A stretch of 64,000 nt of DNA from an uncultured Acidobacteriota bacterium (GTDB lineage: Bacteria; Acidobacteriota; Blastocatellia; RBC074): positions 128,001 through 192,000 of the forward strand of contig CAWCKY010000006.1 of NCBI GenBank assembly GCA_963796275.1, read 5' to 3'. The notes under the pieces were generated by a model. It made no database searches, was not told the origin of the DNA, and saw only the letters and a list, made by a program, of their open reading frames with translations. Shown one piece after another: positions 1-10,500 of the stretch. Every line of letters starts with the position of its first letter. Position 1 is the first letter of the stretch. The translations under genes and the position numbers were made by a program.

Positions 1-3000
1 GCCGCCTACCTCGGAAAGCTCGGGGTCGGGCCGGAAACGCCGGTGGGCTTTTGCCTGGAGCGTTCCCCGGAGATGGTCGTCGGTATCCTCGGCATCTTGA
101 AGGCCGGTGGAACCTACGTGCCGTTAGACCCGGCGTATCCCAAAGAGCGCCTGGCCTTCATGCTGGAAGATACTCGGACGCCGGTGATCCTGACTCAGCA
201 AAGGTTGATCGAGCACCTGCCGGAGCATCAGGCCAGTGTCGTTCGAATAGACGCAGACTGGGAATTGATGACAGAGGAGAGCGAGGCGAATCGGGCGAGC
301 GGGGCGACAGCCGGTCATCTGGCCTACATCATGTACACTTCAGGCTCGACCGGCAGGCCGAAAGGGATCGCCATCCAGCACCGGGCCATCAACCGGCTGG
401 TCTTCAATACCAACTACATCGAGATAACGCCCGAGGACCGGATGCTGCTGGCGTCGAACTCGGCCTTCGACGCGGCGACCTTCGAGTTGTGGGGCGCGCT
501 GCTGCACGGAGCGCGGCTGGTGGGGGTCAGCAGAGAGGCGGTCATATCGCCTCGGGAGCTCGCCGCCTCCATCCGCGATCACGGAATAAGCGCGATGTGG
601 CTGACGGCGGCCCTCTTCAATCAAATGACGCGCGAAGTCCCCAAGGCTTTCGGCGCCGTGAAACACCTGCTCATTGGGGGCGAGGCGCTTGATCCCCACC
701 GGGTGCGAGAGGCGCTCAAGAATGACCCGCCCGCTCGGTTGGTGAACGGGTATGGGCCGACGGAGGGCACGACCTTCACTACCTGGTACCTGGCGCAAGA
801 GGCAGCGGAAGGAGCGAGCTCCATTCCCATAGGTCGACCTATCTCTAACACGCAAACATATTTGTTGGATCGTAACCAACAGCCCACGCCCATAGGGATT
901 GCGGGCGAGTTATACATCGGTGGGGATGGACTGGCGCGCGGTTATTTCAATAGGCCGGAGCTGACGGCGGAGAAGTTCGTCCCGAATCCATATAGCGAGC
1001 GGCCGGGCGCGCGGCTCTACCGGACGGGAGACCTGGTCCGTTACCTGCCGGATGGCGCGATTGAGTTCCTGGGGCGGCTCGATCATCAGGTGAAGATCCG
1101 CGGTTTCCGCATAGAGTTGGGCGAGATCGAAGCTGCGCTCAACCGGCATCCGTCGGTGAGAGAGAGCATCGTTCTCCTCAGGGAGGATGCGCCGGGCGAG
1201 AAGCGGCTGGTAGCCTACCTCGCGACCGAGTCGAGGAAGGCGTTCACAGTTGATGATCTCCGTAACTTCTTGCGGCAAAAGTTGCCTGATTACATGACCC
1301 CTGCGGCCTTCGTGACACTGGACGCTCTACCCTTGACGCCGAACGGCAAGATAGACCGCCGCGCGCTGCCTGCGCCGGAACAGTCACGGCCGGAATTAGC
1401 CGAAGCCTTCGTCACGCCGCGTAATCAAGTGGAGGAATTGCTGGCTGCCGCCTGGGCGGACGCGCTGGAGATTGAGCGGGTAGGCGTTCACGACAACTTC
1501 TTCGACCTGGGCGGACACTCTTTGCTGGCGACGAAACTGTTCTCCCGGATCAGAGACACATTTCAAGTGGAGCTGCCGCTGGCCGCTCTGTTTGAGGCGC
1601 CCACGGTCGCCGCTCTGGCCGAGCGCATCGAATCGGCAAAGAGGACGGTGCCGGGTTCGTCGCTTCCGCCATTAACGCCCATCGTGCAGAGGGGTGGACA
1701 TCTACCACTCTCCTACACTCAGCAGCGTCTGTGGTTTTTAGATCAATTGGAGCCTGGTAGCTCCGCTTACAACATCCCGGCCGCCGTACGTCTGACCGGC
1801 GCGCTCGACACGGAAGCGTTCGCGCGAAGCTTCCACGAGATCGTGCGGCGACATGAATCGTTGCGCGCGACGTTCGTCACGGTAAATGGGCAGCCGGCGC
1901 AATTGATCGCTCCGGTGCGGCCGGTGGATTTAACCGTGACGGACTTAGGCGGGCTGACCGAAACACTGCGCGAGCTTGAGGCGGAACGGTTAGCCGACGA
2001 AGAGATGCGACGGTCGTTCGATCTGGCGCGCGGGCCTTTGATCCGCCTGCGCCTGTTGAAACTGGGCGACGAAGATCATATCGCGCTGATGACGATGCAT
2101 CACATCACCAGTGATGGCTGGTCAATCGGAATTCTCATCCGCGAATTCGCCGCGCTCTACCAAGCTTTCACAGCAGGGCTGCCGTCGCCGCTGCCTGAGC
2201 TGCCGATTCAGTATTCGGACTTCGCAGTCTGGCAGCAAGAGTGGTTGCAAGGCGAGGCGCTGAAGACTCAGCTCGCCTACTGGAAGCGGCAGCTTGCGGG
2301 TCTACCCATATTGGAATTGCCCACGGATCGCCCGCGTCCGCCCGTACAAACCTTCCGTGGAGCCTGGCAATCGTTGTTTCTGTCGGCCGAGCAGGCTGAT
2401 TCGCTCAAGGCGCTCAGCCGCCAGGAGGGCGTGACGCTGTTCATGACTTTGTTGGCGGCTTTCAAAACGTTGCTGCGCTATTACACGAATCAAGATGACA
2501 TCGTGGTTGGCTCCGACATCGCCAATCGCACCCGGCGCGAGACCGAAGATTTGATCGGGTTCTTCGTCAACCAACTGGTGCTTCGTACTGACCTGTCCGG
2601 CAATCCAACTTTCCGCGAATTGCTGGGACGGGTGCGCGAAATGACTCTGGGAGCATTCGGGCGTCAGGATATGCCGTTCGGGAAGCTGGTCGAAGAGGTG
2701 CAGCCGCACCGAGACCCGAGCCGTAACCCGCTCTTCCAGGTCATGTTCATTGTCCAAAACGCTCCGATGCCCGAGCTCAAACTTACGGGCCTGACCTTGA
2801 CGCCTCTCGACGTTAAAGGAGAGACCTCGGTGTTTGATCTGACACTGTCGTTTGTTGATGCGGAGCACGGGCGGATTCGTGTGTTGTGCCGCTATAACAC
2901 CGACTTGTTCGAACCTGCCACGATACGGCGAATGCTGGAGCGTCTGGAGGCGCTGTTGAATCGAATTGTGGCGAACCCCGAGGCGAAACTGAGCGACTTG

Positions 3001-4140
3001 AACCTTGAAGCTGAAGCGGAGAAAAAAGGGCGTCTTGGCGGCGTAGACGCGAGGCTGATGAAGCTGATGAACGTCAAGCCTAAGACCGTCAGCATGTCGC
3101 AGGAGAGATTAGTTAAGCTGAGTTACTTAAATTCGGAGCGGATGTTACCTCTGATAGCTCAACCCAGCGTGGAGGATGTTGATTTAGTAACCTGGGCTGG
3201 GTTCAACAAGGGGCTGATCGAAGAACAGTTACTGAAGCATGGCGCGATACTTTTTCGCAACTTCGGGGCCACCTCAATAACTAGATTCGAGCAATTCACC
3301 AGGACAATATCGCCCGAACTAATGCAATACGGCGAACGCTCGTCGCCACGCCACAAGGTGAGCGGCTCGATTTATACGTCGACCGACCACCCAGCCGATC
3401 AGCCCATAGTGCTTCATAACGAGCAATCGTACACGCTGAGCTGGATGATGAAACTTTGGTTCTTCTGCCTTCAGCCGGCGCAAACTGGCGGAGGCACGCC
3501 GATCGCAGACAGCCGTCTGATCTTCAGGCGTTTGAGTCCGAAGCTTGTAGAAAGGTTCGAGGAGAGACAGGTGATGTACCTGCGGAACTATGGCGCCGGC
3601 CTCGGGCTTCCCTGGCAGGAGGTTTTTCAGACCAGCGCAAAGTCGGAAGTGGAAGCGTATTGCAGCCAGGCTGGGATCAGGTACGAATGGTTGGACGGCG
3701 AGCGTCTGAGGACGCGACAGGTTCGCCCGGCGATCAGAAGACACCCGAAGACGGATGAGAAGGTGTGGTTCAACCATGCCCTCTTCTTCCACGTATCGAG
3801 CCTGGAGGCGGCTACTCGCGACTCGCTCCTGTCCGGGTTGGAGGAGGAAGACCTTCCGTTCAACACCTGTTACGGAGATGGCTCTCCCTTTGAAGCCGCG
3901 GCGCTGGGTGAAATTCGCGAAGCGTATCGGCGAGAGACGGTGAGTTTTCCCTGGCAGGCGGGGGACATCCTGATGGTAGACAACATGCTCGTGGCGCATG
4001 GGCGCGAGCCATATACAGGTCAGCGGCAGGTTGTGGTAGCCATGGCGGAGCCATTCAACACTGAGAAGGCGATCGACGCGCGTGTCTCCAACCGACGGCG
4101 GCGATGGCTTGAAACGGCGCGCAGGAGGTATCGAAGATGA
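1..4140 (+). CDS. NRPS, 5'-truncated: A(Val)-T-C(LCL)-TauD/SyrP-like Fe(II)/2-oxoglutarate hydroxylase
   Basis: Frame is open from base 1. A3 YIMYTSGSTGRPKG; code read as DAFWLGGTFK (Val); T FFDLGGHSL; C MHHITSDGWS; C-terminal TauD with LHNEQSY...VAHGREPY (H-x-E...H triad). Confidence 0.93.
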   Translation, partial: AAYLGKLGVGPETPVGFCLERSPEMVVGILGILKAGGTYVPLDPAYPKERLAFMLEDTRTPVILTQQRLIEHLPEHQASVVRIDADWELMTEESEANRASGATAGHLAYIMYTSGSTGRPKGIAIQHRAINRLVFNTNYIEITPEDRMLLASNSAFDAATFELWGALLHGARLVGVSREAVISPRELAASIRDHGISAMWLTAALFNQMTREVPKAFGAVKHLLIGGEALDPHRVREALKNDPPARLVNGYGPTEGTTFTTWYLAQEAAEGASSIPIGRPISNTQTYLLDRNQQPTPIGIAGELYIGGDGLARGYFNRPELTAEKFVPNPYSERPGARLYRTGDLVRYLPDGAIEFLGRLDHQVKIRGFRIELGEIEAALNRHPSVRESIVLLREDAPGEKRLVAYLATESRKAFTVDDLRNFLRQKLPDYMTPAAFVTLDALPLTPNGKIDRRALPAPEQSRPELAEAFVTPRNQVEELLAAAWADALEIERVGVHDNFFDLGGHSLLATKLFSRIRDTFQVELPLAALFEAPTVAALAERIESAKRTVPGSSLPPLTPIVQRGGHLPLSYTQQRLWFLDQLEPGSSAYNIPAAVRLTGALDTEAFARSFHEIVRRHESLRATFVTVNGQPAQLIAPVRPVDLTVTDLGGLTETLRELEAERLADEEMRRSFDLARGPLIRLRLLKLGDEDHIALMTMHHITSDGWSIGILIREFAALYQAFTAGLPSPLPELPIQYSDFAVWQQEWLQGEALKTQLAYWKRQLAGLPILELPTDRPRPPVQTFRGAWQSLFLSAEQADSLKALSRQEGVTLFMTLLAAFKTLLRYYTNQDDIVVGSDIANRTRRETEDLIGFFVNQLVLRTDLSGNPTFRELLGRVREMTLGAFGRQDMPFGKLVEEVQPHRDPSRNPLFQVMFIVQNAPMPELKLTGLTLTPLDVKGETSVFDLTLSFVDAEHGRIRVLCRYNTDLFEPATIRRMLERLEALLNRIVANPEAKLSDLNLEAEAEKKGRLGGVDARLMKLMNVKPKTVSMSQERLVKLSYLNSERMLPLIAQPSVEDVDLVTWAGFNKGLIEEQLLKHGAILFRNFGATSITRFEQFTRTISPELMQYGERSSPRHKVSGSIYTSTDHPADQPIVLHNEQSYTLSWMMKLWFFCLQPAQTGGGTPIADSRLIFRRLSPKLVERFEERQVMYLRNYGAGLGLPWQEVFQTSAKSEVEAYCSQAGIRYEWLDGERLRTRQVRPAIRRHPKTDEKVWFNHALFFHVSSLEAATRDSLLSGLEEEDLPFNTCYGDGSPFEAAALGEIREAYRRETVSFPWQAGDILMVDNMLVAHGREPYTGQRQVVVAMAEPFNTEKAIDARVSNRRRRWLETARRRYRR

Positions 4141-4265
4141 ATACTGGTACGAGTTTTTCTTCATATACACCTTTACACCTTGGCTGAGGACGAACAAGGC
4201 AACGAGATCATACCCATGGCGTAATAGTCAGCAACGTTATGGAAGGCAGGCGATGGAGCAGACAC

Positions 4266-7200
4266 ATGAGCGACTCGATTTTTGAATCCGACAATTTGTA
4301 TCCACTCTCACATGGTCAGCGGGCTTTATGGTTCGTGCAGCGGTTGGCGCCAAATGGCGTGGCTTACAATTTCGCGCATGCGGCCCGAATTCTGACTGAG
4401 TTGGACATCATCGCTTTTCAACGTGCGATCCAGCAGCTGGTGAGGCGCCATCCGGCGCTCAGGACGACCTTTCCCTCTCGTGACGGGGAGCCGGCGCAGC
4501 GGATTCACGATCACGCGGAGTTCCATTTCCGAACGGAGGACGCGACCTGGTGGAGCGAGGCGCAGTTGAACGAGCGCCTGGCCGAGGAGGTCTACCGCCC
4601 ATTCGATCTGGCGCACGGCCCGCTGCTGCGAATCTTCCTGTTCACTCGGTCAGATCGGGAACATGTCGTCCTCCTGGTGACTCATCACATTGTGGCCGAC
4701 CTCTGGTCGGTGGTGGTGGTTATGTCTGAGTTGGGGGCGCTGTATTCGGCGGAAAAGTCCGGCGGCCCCCTGGGTCTTTCCAGTCCGCCAACGCATGACA
4801 TCGATTATGTCCGCCAGCAAGCCGAGTCGATGACCGGCCCGGAGAGCGAACGACTCTGGGCGTTTTGGCGGAAGCAGTTGGCGGGAGCGCCGCCCATGCT
4901 GAATCTGCGGACCGACCGGCCGTGGCCGCCGGTACAAACCGACCGTGGCGCCTCCCGGACTTTGAGGCTAGGCCAGACGGTTTCGCAGGGACTTAAAGTC
5001 CTGGCCAGAACCCACGGGGCCACGCTGTTTATGACTCTGTTGGCCGCCTTTCAGGCACTGCTTCATCGTTACACCGGTCAAGAAGATATTCTGGTTGCCT
5101 CTCCGATGATCAGGAGGGGGCGTGAGGCGGCGAATCTGGTCGGTTATTTCATTAATCCGGTGGTATTGCGTGCGGATTTTTCGGGAGACCCGACATTCTC
5201 TTCCTTCCTCGATCAAGTGCGCCAGACCGCGCTCGAAGCCTTCGAACACAGCGCCTATCCGTTTCCGCTGCTCATTGAGCAATTGCAGCCGGCGCGGGAC
5301 CCTAGCCGGCCGCCGCTCGTTCAGGTCGCTTTTACCTGGCAGCAGACGACTCGCGTGATCAGCAATCAGGCGATGGCTGCATTTGCAGTGGGCGAAAAGG
5401 GAGGAGGGAGGCTGGAGTTGGGGAAGCTTCAGTTTGAATCCATGGCCCTCGAACCCCGGGTCGCTCCGTTCGAGTTGTTGTTGCTGATGGCCGAAGCGAG
5501 TGAAGAGCTGATAGCTACGGTGGAATACAACACCGACCTGTTCGACGGGGAGACGATGGAACGGATGCTGGAACATTTCCAGACTTTGCTGGAGGGAGTT
5601 GTCGCGGACCCGAAACGGCGAATCTCCGACGCCCCACTATTAACGGCGCGGGAGTTATCGCAAGAACTCGTCGAGTGGAATAGGGCCCCGGCCGAATGTA
5701 CTGAGAGTCAATGCGTCCACCAGCGGTTTGCCGAAGTGGCGGGAGAGAATCCGCAGGCCACCGCCCTGGTTAACGAAGAGGAACAGCTCACATACGAGCG
5801 GCTGAACGAGCGGGCCAATCAGTTGGCTCATTACCTGATGAAACGTGGAATCGGCCCGGAAGTATTGGTCGGCATCTGTATGGAGCGCTCAATCGATATG
5901 GCGGTGAGCTTGCTGGGAATCCTCAAAGCGGGTGGGGCATTTCTACCGCTGGACCCGGCATATCCGAGGGAACGACTGGCATACATGATCAAAGATAGCG
6001 GGGCGAGGATGATCCTGACGCGAGGAACAAGTGAAGGAGGAATATGGGAAAGAGAGGAGGAAATGATCCGGCTGGAGAGTGAATGGGAAATGATCGGGCG
6101 GGAAAGCACAGCTAATCCGGAGGCGGGGACGACGCCCGAGAATCTGGCGTATGTGATCTATACCTCGGGGTCGACGGGCCAACCCAAGGGGACGATGCTC
6201 CATCATCGAGGACTGCGCAATCTGATCGAGGGGCAAAGGCGAGGGTTCAATCCGGGAGCGAGCGATCGAATCCTGCAATTCTCATCGCTGAGCTTCGACG
6301 CGTCGGTATGGGAAGTGGTGATGGCGCTGATGGCAGGAGGAAGCCTGGTATTGCCGAGGCGGGAATCGCTGGCAACGGGTCAGGGGCTGGTGGGAACGAT
6401 GAGGGAGCAAGGGATCACGATAGTGACGTTGCCGCCGTCAATGCTGGGAGTGATGCCGGAGGAGGGGCTGCCGGAGTTACACACGATCATCACGGCGGGA
6501 GAGAAATGTCCTGGGGCATTGGCCGGGATTTGGGGGAAGGGGCGGCGATTCTTGAACGCCTACGGCCCGACGGAGACGACGGTATGCGCGTCAATATATG
6601 AGCTGGGGGAGAAGGATGTGATAGGGAGAGAGGGGAGAGGAGCTAACCCCGAAAACCCGCCGATCGGGCGGCCGATCACGAATTTCCAGATATATGTACT
6701 GGACGGGCAAATGAGACCGGCGGCGGTGGGAATAGCTGGGGAGTTGTATATCGGGGGAGTAGGGCTGGGGCGCGGGTATCTGAACCGGCCGGAGCAGACG
6801 GCCGAGAGGTTCATCCCGCATCCGTTCAGTGAGGAAGTGGGGGCGCGATTGTACAAGAGCGGGGATTTGGTGCGACGGCTGAGTGACGGGAATGTGGAAT
6901 ATGTGGGGCGAATCGATCATCAGGTAAAAGTTCGAGGATTTCGCATCGAGTTGGGAGAGATCGAAGCGGTGCTGAGAGGGCGGGAGGAAATACGTGAAGT
7001 GGTTGTGATGGCGAGGGAAGATGCGCCGGGAGAACGGCGACTGGTGGCGTATCTGGCGGTGGGACCTGGGCAATCTCCCCCGATAAACGAACTGCGAAAC
7101 CTGCTGCGGGAACGATTACCAGACTATATGGTGCCGTCGGCATTCGTCACACTGCAATCTTTCCCCTTGACCCCCAGCGGTAAAGTGGATCGCAGTGCGC

Positions 7201-7547
7201 TGCCGCCGCCCGAAAGACCGCGGCCGGAGTTGGAAGCCGGCTACGTGAGGCCCCGGAACGAGATAGAACGGGTCATCGCGGAAGTTTGGCAAAAGGTATT
7301 GGGCATTGAACGTGTGGGCGTCCATGACAACTTTTTCGACCTGGGCGGGCATTCGTTGATGCTGGCCAAGATCCACAGTCAAATGCAGGAAGTCCTCAAC
7401 CGCGAGTTACCCATGATCGAAATGTTCAAATATCCCACCATCAGTGCCCTGGCCGATTATTTGAGCCGGGAAGACGGCGGCCAACCCTCTTTTCAGATGA
7501 GTCGGCAGCGCGCCAGGGAGCAAATGGACGCGATGAATCTCGGGTAG
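4266..7547 (+). CDS. NRPS single module C-A(Phe)-T with an NRPS-to-PKS type C-terminal tail
   Basis: ATG 4266 has GGAG upstream (the track starts at 4239). C motif THHIVADLWS; code DAWTIAAVCK (GrsA-like Phe); T FFDLGGHSL; tail SRQRAREQ. Confidence 0.9.
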   Translation: MSDSIFESDNLYPLSHGQRALWFVQRLAPNGVAYNFAHAARILTELDIIAFQRAIQQLVRRHPALRTTFPSRDGEPAQRIHDHAEFHFRTEDATWWSEAQLNERLAEEVYRPFDLAHGPLLRIFLFTRSDREHVVLLVTHHIVADLWSVVVVMSELGALYSAEKSGGPLGLSSPPTHDIDYVRQQAESMTGPESERLWAFWRKQLAGAPPMLNLRTDRPWPPVQTDRGASRTLRLGQTVSQGLKVLARTHGATLFMTLLAAFQALLHRYTGQEDILVASPMIRRGREAANLVGYFINPVVLRADFSGDPTFSSFLDQVRQTALEAFEHSAYPFPLLIEQLQPARDPSRPPLVQVAFTWQQTTRVISNQAMAAFAVGEKGGGRLELGKLQFESMALEPRVAPFELLLLMAEASEELIATVEYNTDLFDGETMERMLEHFQTLLEGVVADPKRRISDAPLLTARELSQELVEWNRAPAECTESQCVHQRFAEVAGENPQATALVNEEEQLTYERLNERANQLAHYLMKRGIGPEVLVGICMERSIDMAVSLLGILKAGGAFLPLDPAYPRERLAYMIKDSGARMILTRGTSEGGIWEREEEMIRLESEWEMIGRESTANPEAGTTPENLAYVIYTSGSTGQPKGTMLHHRGLRNLIEGQRRGFNPGASDRILQFSSLSFDASVWEVVMALMAGGSLVLPRRESLATGQGLVGTMREQGITIVTLPPSMLGVMPEEGLPELHTIITAGEKCPGALAGIWGKGRRFLNAYGPTETTVCASIYELGEKDVIGREGRGANPENPPIGRPITNFQIYVLDGQMRPAAVGIAGELYIGGVGLGRGYLNRPEQTAERFIPHPFSEEVGARLYKSGDLVRRLSDGNVEYVGRIDHQVKVRGFRIELGEIEAVLRGREEIREVVVMAREDAPGERRLVAYLAVGPGQSPPINELRNLLRERLPDYMVPSAFVTLQSFPLTPSGKVDRSALPPPERPRPELEAGYVRPRNEIERVIAEVWQKVLGIERVGVHDNFFDLGGHSLMLAKIHSQMQEVLNRELPMIEMFKYPTISALADYLSREDGGQPSFQMSRQRAREQMDAMNLG
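5574..7201 (+). repeat. Phe A-domain repeat, copy 1 (near-identical to 58862-60489)
   Basis: Colinear at a constant offset of 53288 with only scattered substitutions (e.g. FDASVW vs FDAAVW). Confidence 0.92.
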
Positions 7548-7575
7548 ATGTATTGGAGTTAAAGGAGCGAATCAG

Positions 7576-10500
7576 ATGAATAGTGAACCAAAAGTTTCCG
7601 ATGCGAGTAACCGACTCGACATCGCCATTATCGGTATCGGTTGCCGTTTTCCGGGAGGCGCCAATAGTCCTGGGGCCTACTGGGAATTGCAGCGGAACGG
7701 CGTGGACGCGATCACCGAGGTTCCGGCTGACCGTTGGGACAGTAAAGCCTTCTATCATCCGGACTCGGGCCGGCCAGGCAAGATCAATTCACGTTGGGGG
7801 GGCTTCATCGAACGAATAGATCATTTTGATGCCCGCTTCTTTGGCATCTCCCCTCGGGAAGCCGCACGCATGGATCCCCAGCAGCGGATGCTGCTGGAGG
7901 TTGCCTGGGAGGCGTTGGAGGACGGCGGCCAGACGCTGGAGCGGTTGGCCGGCACGGGGGTCGGAGTTTTCATCGGCGTTTCGACGATGGACTACCAGGA
8001 GATAACTCGTTGCGTGAGTGATCGCGAATTCATTGATGCTCATACGAACACGGGAGGGGCGATGAGCATCGCCGCGAACCGCATTTCCTACGTTTTCGAT
8101 TTCAGAGGACCGAGTTTTGCCGTGGATACCGCTTGCTCATCGTCGCTGACCGCGGTCCATCTCGCCACCCGAAGTCTGCGGGATGGGGAATGCGAACTCG
8201 CCCTGGTCGGCGGTACAAACGCGCTGATCAAACCTGAAACAACAATGGGTTTCAGCCGGGCCTCCATGCTCTCCCCAGACGGACGCTGCAAGGCTTTCGA
8301 CGCCAGCGCCAATGGTTACACGCGCGGTGAAGGCGCCGGGATGGTCGTCTTAAAGCCTCTGAAAAAGGCATTGGCGGACGGCGACCCGATTTATGCCGTC
8401 ATCCGCGGAACCGCGATCAACGAGGATGGGCACACCAGCGGGATCACGGTTCCCGGTCGCCAGGCGCAGGAGGCGATGCTCCGGCAAGCGTACCGACAGG
8501 CCGGAGTGGTGCCAAGCGACGTGCAGTACGTCGAGGCGCACGGGACAGGCACGCCGGTGGGCGATCCAATAGAGGCGCAAGCCCTGGGCGCGGTGCTGGG
8601 CCAGGGGCGTCCTCCCGGTGATCATTGCGTAATCGGTTCGGTCAAAACCAACATCGGACACCTCGAAGCCGGCGCAGGCATCGCCGGATTGATCAAGGTC
8701 GCGCTGATGATGAGGCATCGAGCGATCCCGCCGACCCTGCACTTCCGGGATCCGAATCCAAACATCCCCTTCGAAGAGCTCCGATTGCGGGTTCCACGAA
8801 CGCTCGAACCGTGGCCCGACGGAAAGGGACTGGCCCGGGCGGGCGTAAATTCCTTCGGTTTCGGCGGGGCCAACGCGCACGTGGTCTTGGAAGAAGCTCC
8901 CCAAGAAGATCGAGGATCGGGGATTGAGGATCGAAGATCGCAATCCGCAATCCTCGATCAATCCTCGATCCACAATCCGCAGTCTGCCTATCTTCTGCCG
9001 CTGTCCGCTCGCAGTCCCGAGGCGCTTCGGGCCGTCGCGCAAGCGTACCAGAGTTTTCTGGCCGGCGATGGCGCTGGGACGCCCCTTTCTGACTTGTGCT
9101 ATTCCGCCAGTCTGCGGCGAAGCCACCACGACTACCGATTGGCGCTGGTTGGCCGCTCTCACGAAGAGTTGGCTGGAAGTCTGGCGGCGTTTCTGGCCGG
9201 AGAGACTCGTCACGGGCTCTCATCCGGCCATCCCGTTTTCGGCCATCGTCCCAGGATCGTCTTCGTCTTCTCCGGCATGGGGCCGCAGTGGTGGGCGATG
9301 GGACGGCAGATGCTGGAGCAGGAACCCGTCTTTCGGGAGGCTATAGAACGGTGTGACGAGTTGCTCCGGCGACACGCGAAATGGTCTTTGCTCGAAGAGC
9401 TGTTGGCCGATGAATCCCAATCACGAATGAGCGAAGCGGAGATCGCTCAACCGGCGAATTTCGCGCTCCAGGTCGCGCTCGCCGCCCTGTGGCGTTCCTG
9501 GGGGATTGAGCCGGATGCGATTATCGGCCATAGCGCGGGAGAAGTGGCGGCCATTCACGTGGCAGGGGTGATGAATCTGGAAGAGGCGGTCCGTGTCATC
9601 TTCCATCGCAGCCGATTGCAACAGCGGGCGACCGGGAAAGGGAAGATGGCGGCTGTCAGCCTGTCGTTGGCGGAGGCTGGGCGCGCAATCGAGGGATATG
9701 AAGATCGCGTCTCGATTGCAGCCATCAACAGCCCCATGTCAGTCACTTTGTCCGGCGACGCTGATGCTATCGAGGAGATTGTCCGAACTTTAGAGCTGAG
9801 GCAGGTCTTTTCTCGCATCTTGCAGGTAGAGGTCCCTTATCACAGCCGTCACATGGAGCCTTTCAAGGACGAGTTATCGCAGTCCTTGCGCGATTTGGAA
9901 CTACGGCCCGCTTCGATCCCTCTCTATTCCACTGTTAGCGGCCTGTGCATAGGGCTCGCCGATAGCCGGGAGTTGGACGCGGAATACTGGTGGCGCAATG
10001 TCAGGAACCCCGTTCGCTTCGCGGAAGCGATGGACCGGCTCATTCAAGACGGGCATAACGTTTTCGTCGAATTAAGCCCCCACCCCGTCCTTGCCGGCTC
10101 GATCTCTCAATGCTTGATGCAGAGCGGACAAAAGGGAACCATCCTTCCTTCGCTGCGTCGCCAGGAAGCGGAACGGGAGCAGATGTTAGGGTCTCTCGGC
10201 GTGCTCCACACGCTGGGCAATAAGGTGGAGTGGGAGAGACTATATCCCGAGGGCGGGCGATTCGTCAGGCTGCCGTCCTACCCCTGGCAACACGAGCGTT
10301 ATTGGCAAGAGTCCGAAGTGGCGGAACAGAGCAGACTGGGACGACAGATCCACCCGCTGTTGGGCCGCCGGATGGCTTCGGCCCACCCGTCGTGGGAACT
10401 CGATCTGGATATGCAACACCTGCCATATCTGGGCGACCATCGGGTGCAGGGGACCGTCACCTATCCCGGAGCGGCATACGTGGAATCGGCGCTGGCCGTC

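Noticed and set aside
4082-4285. 67-aa ORF bridging the first two NRPS genes (possible MbtH-like protein or precursor peptide)
   Set aside because: It overlaps both neighbours and lacks the MbtH Trp motifs (SxWP, PxGW, WTDxRP).
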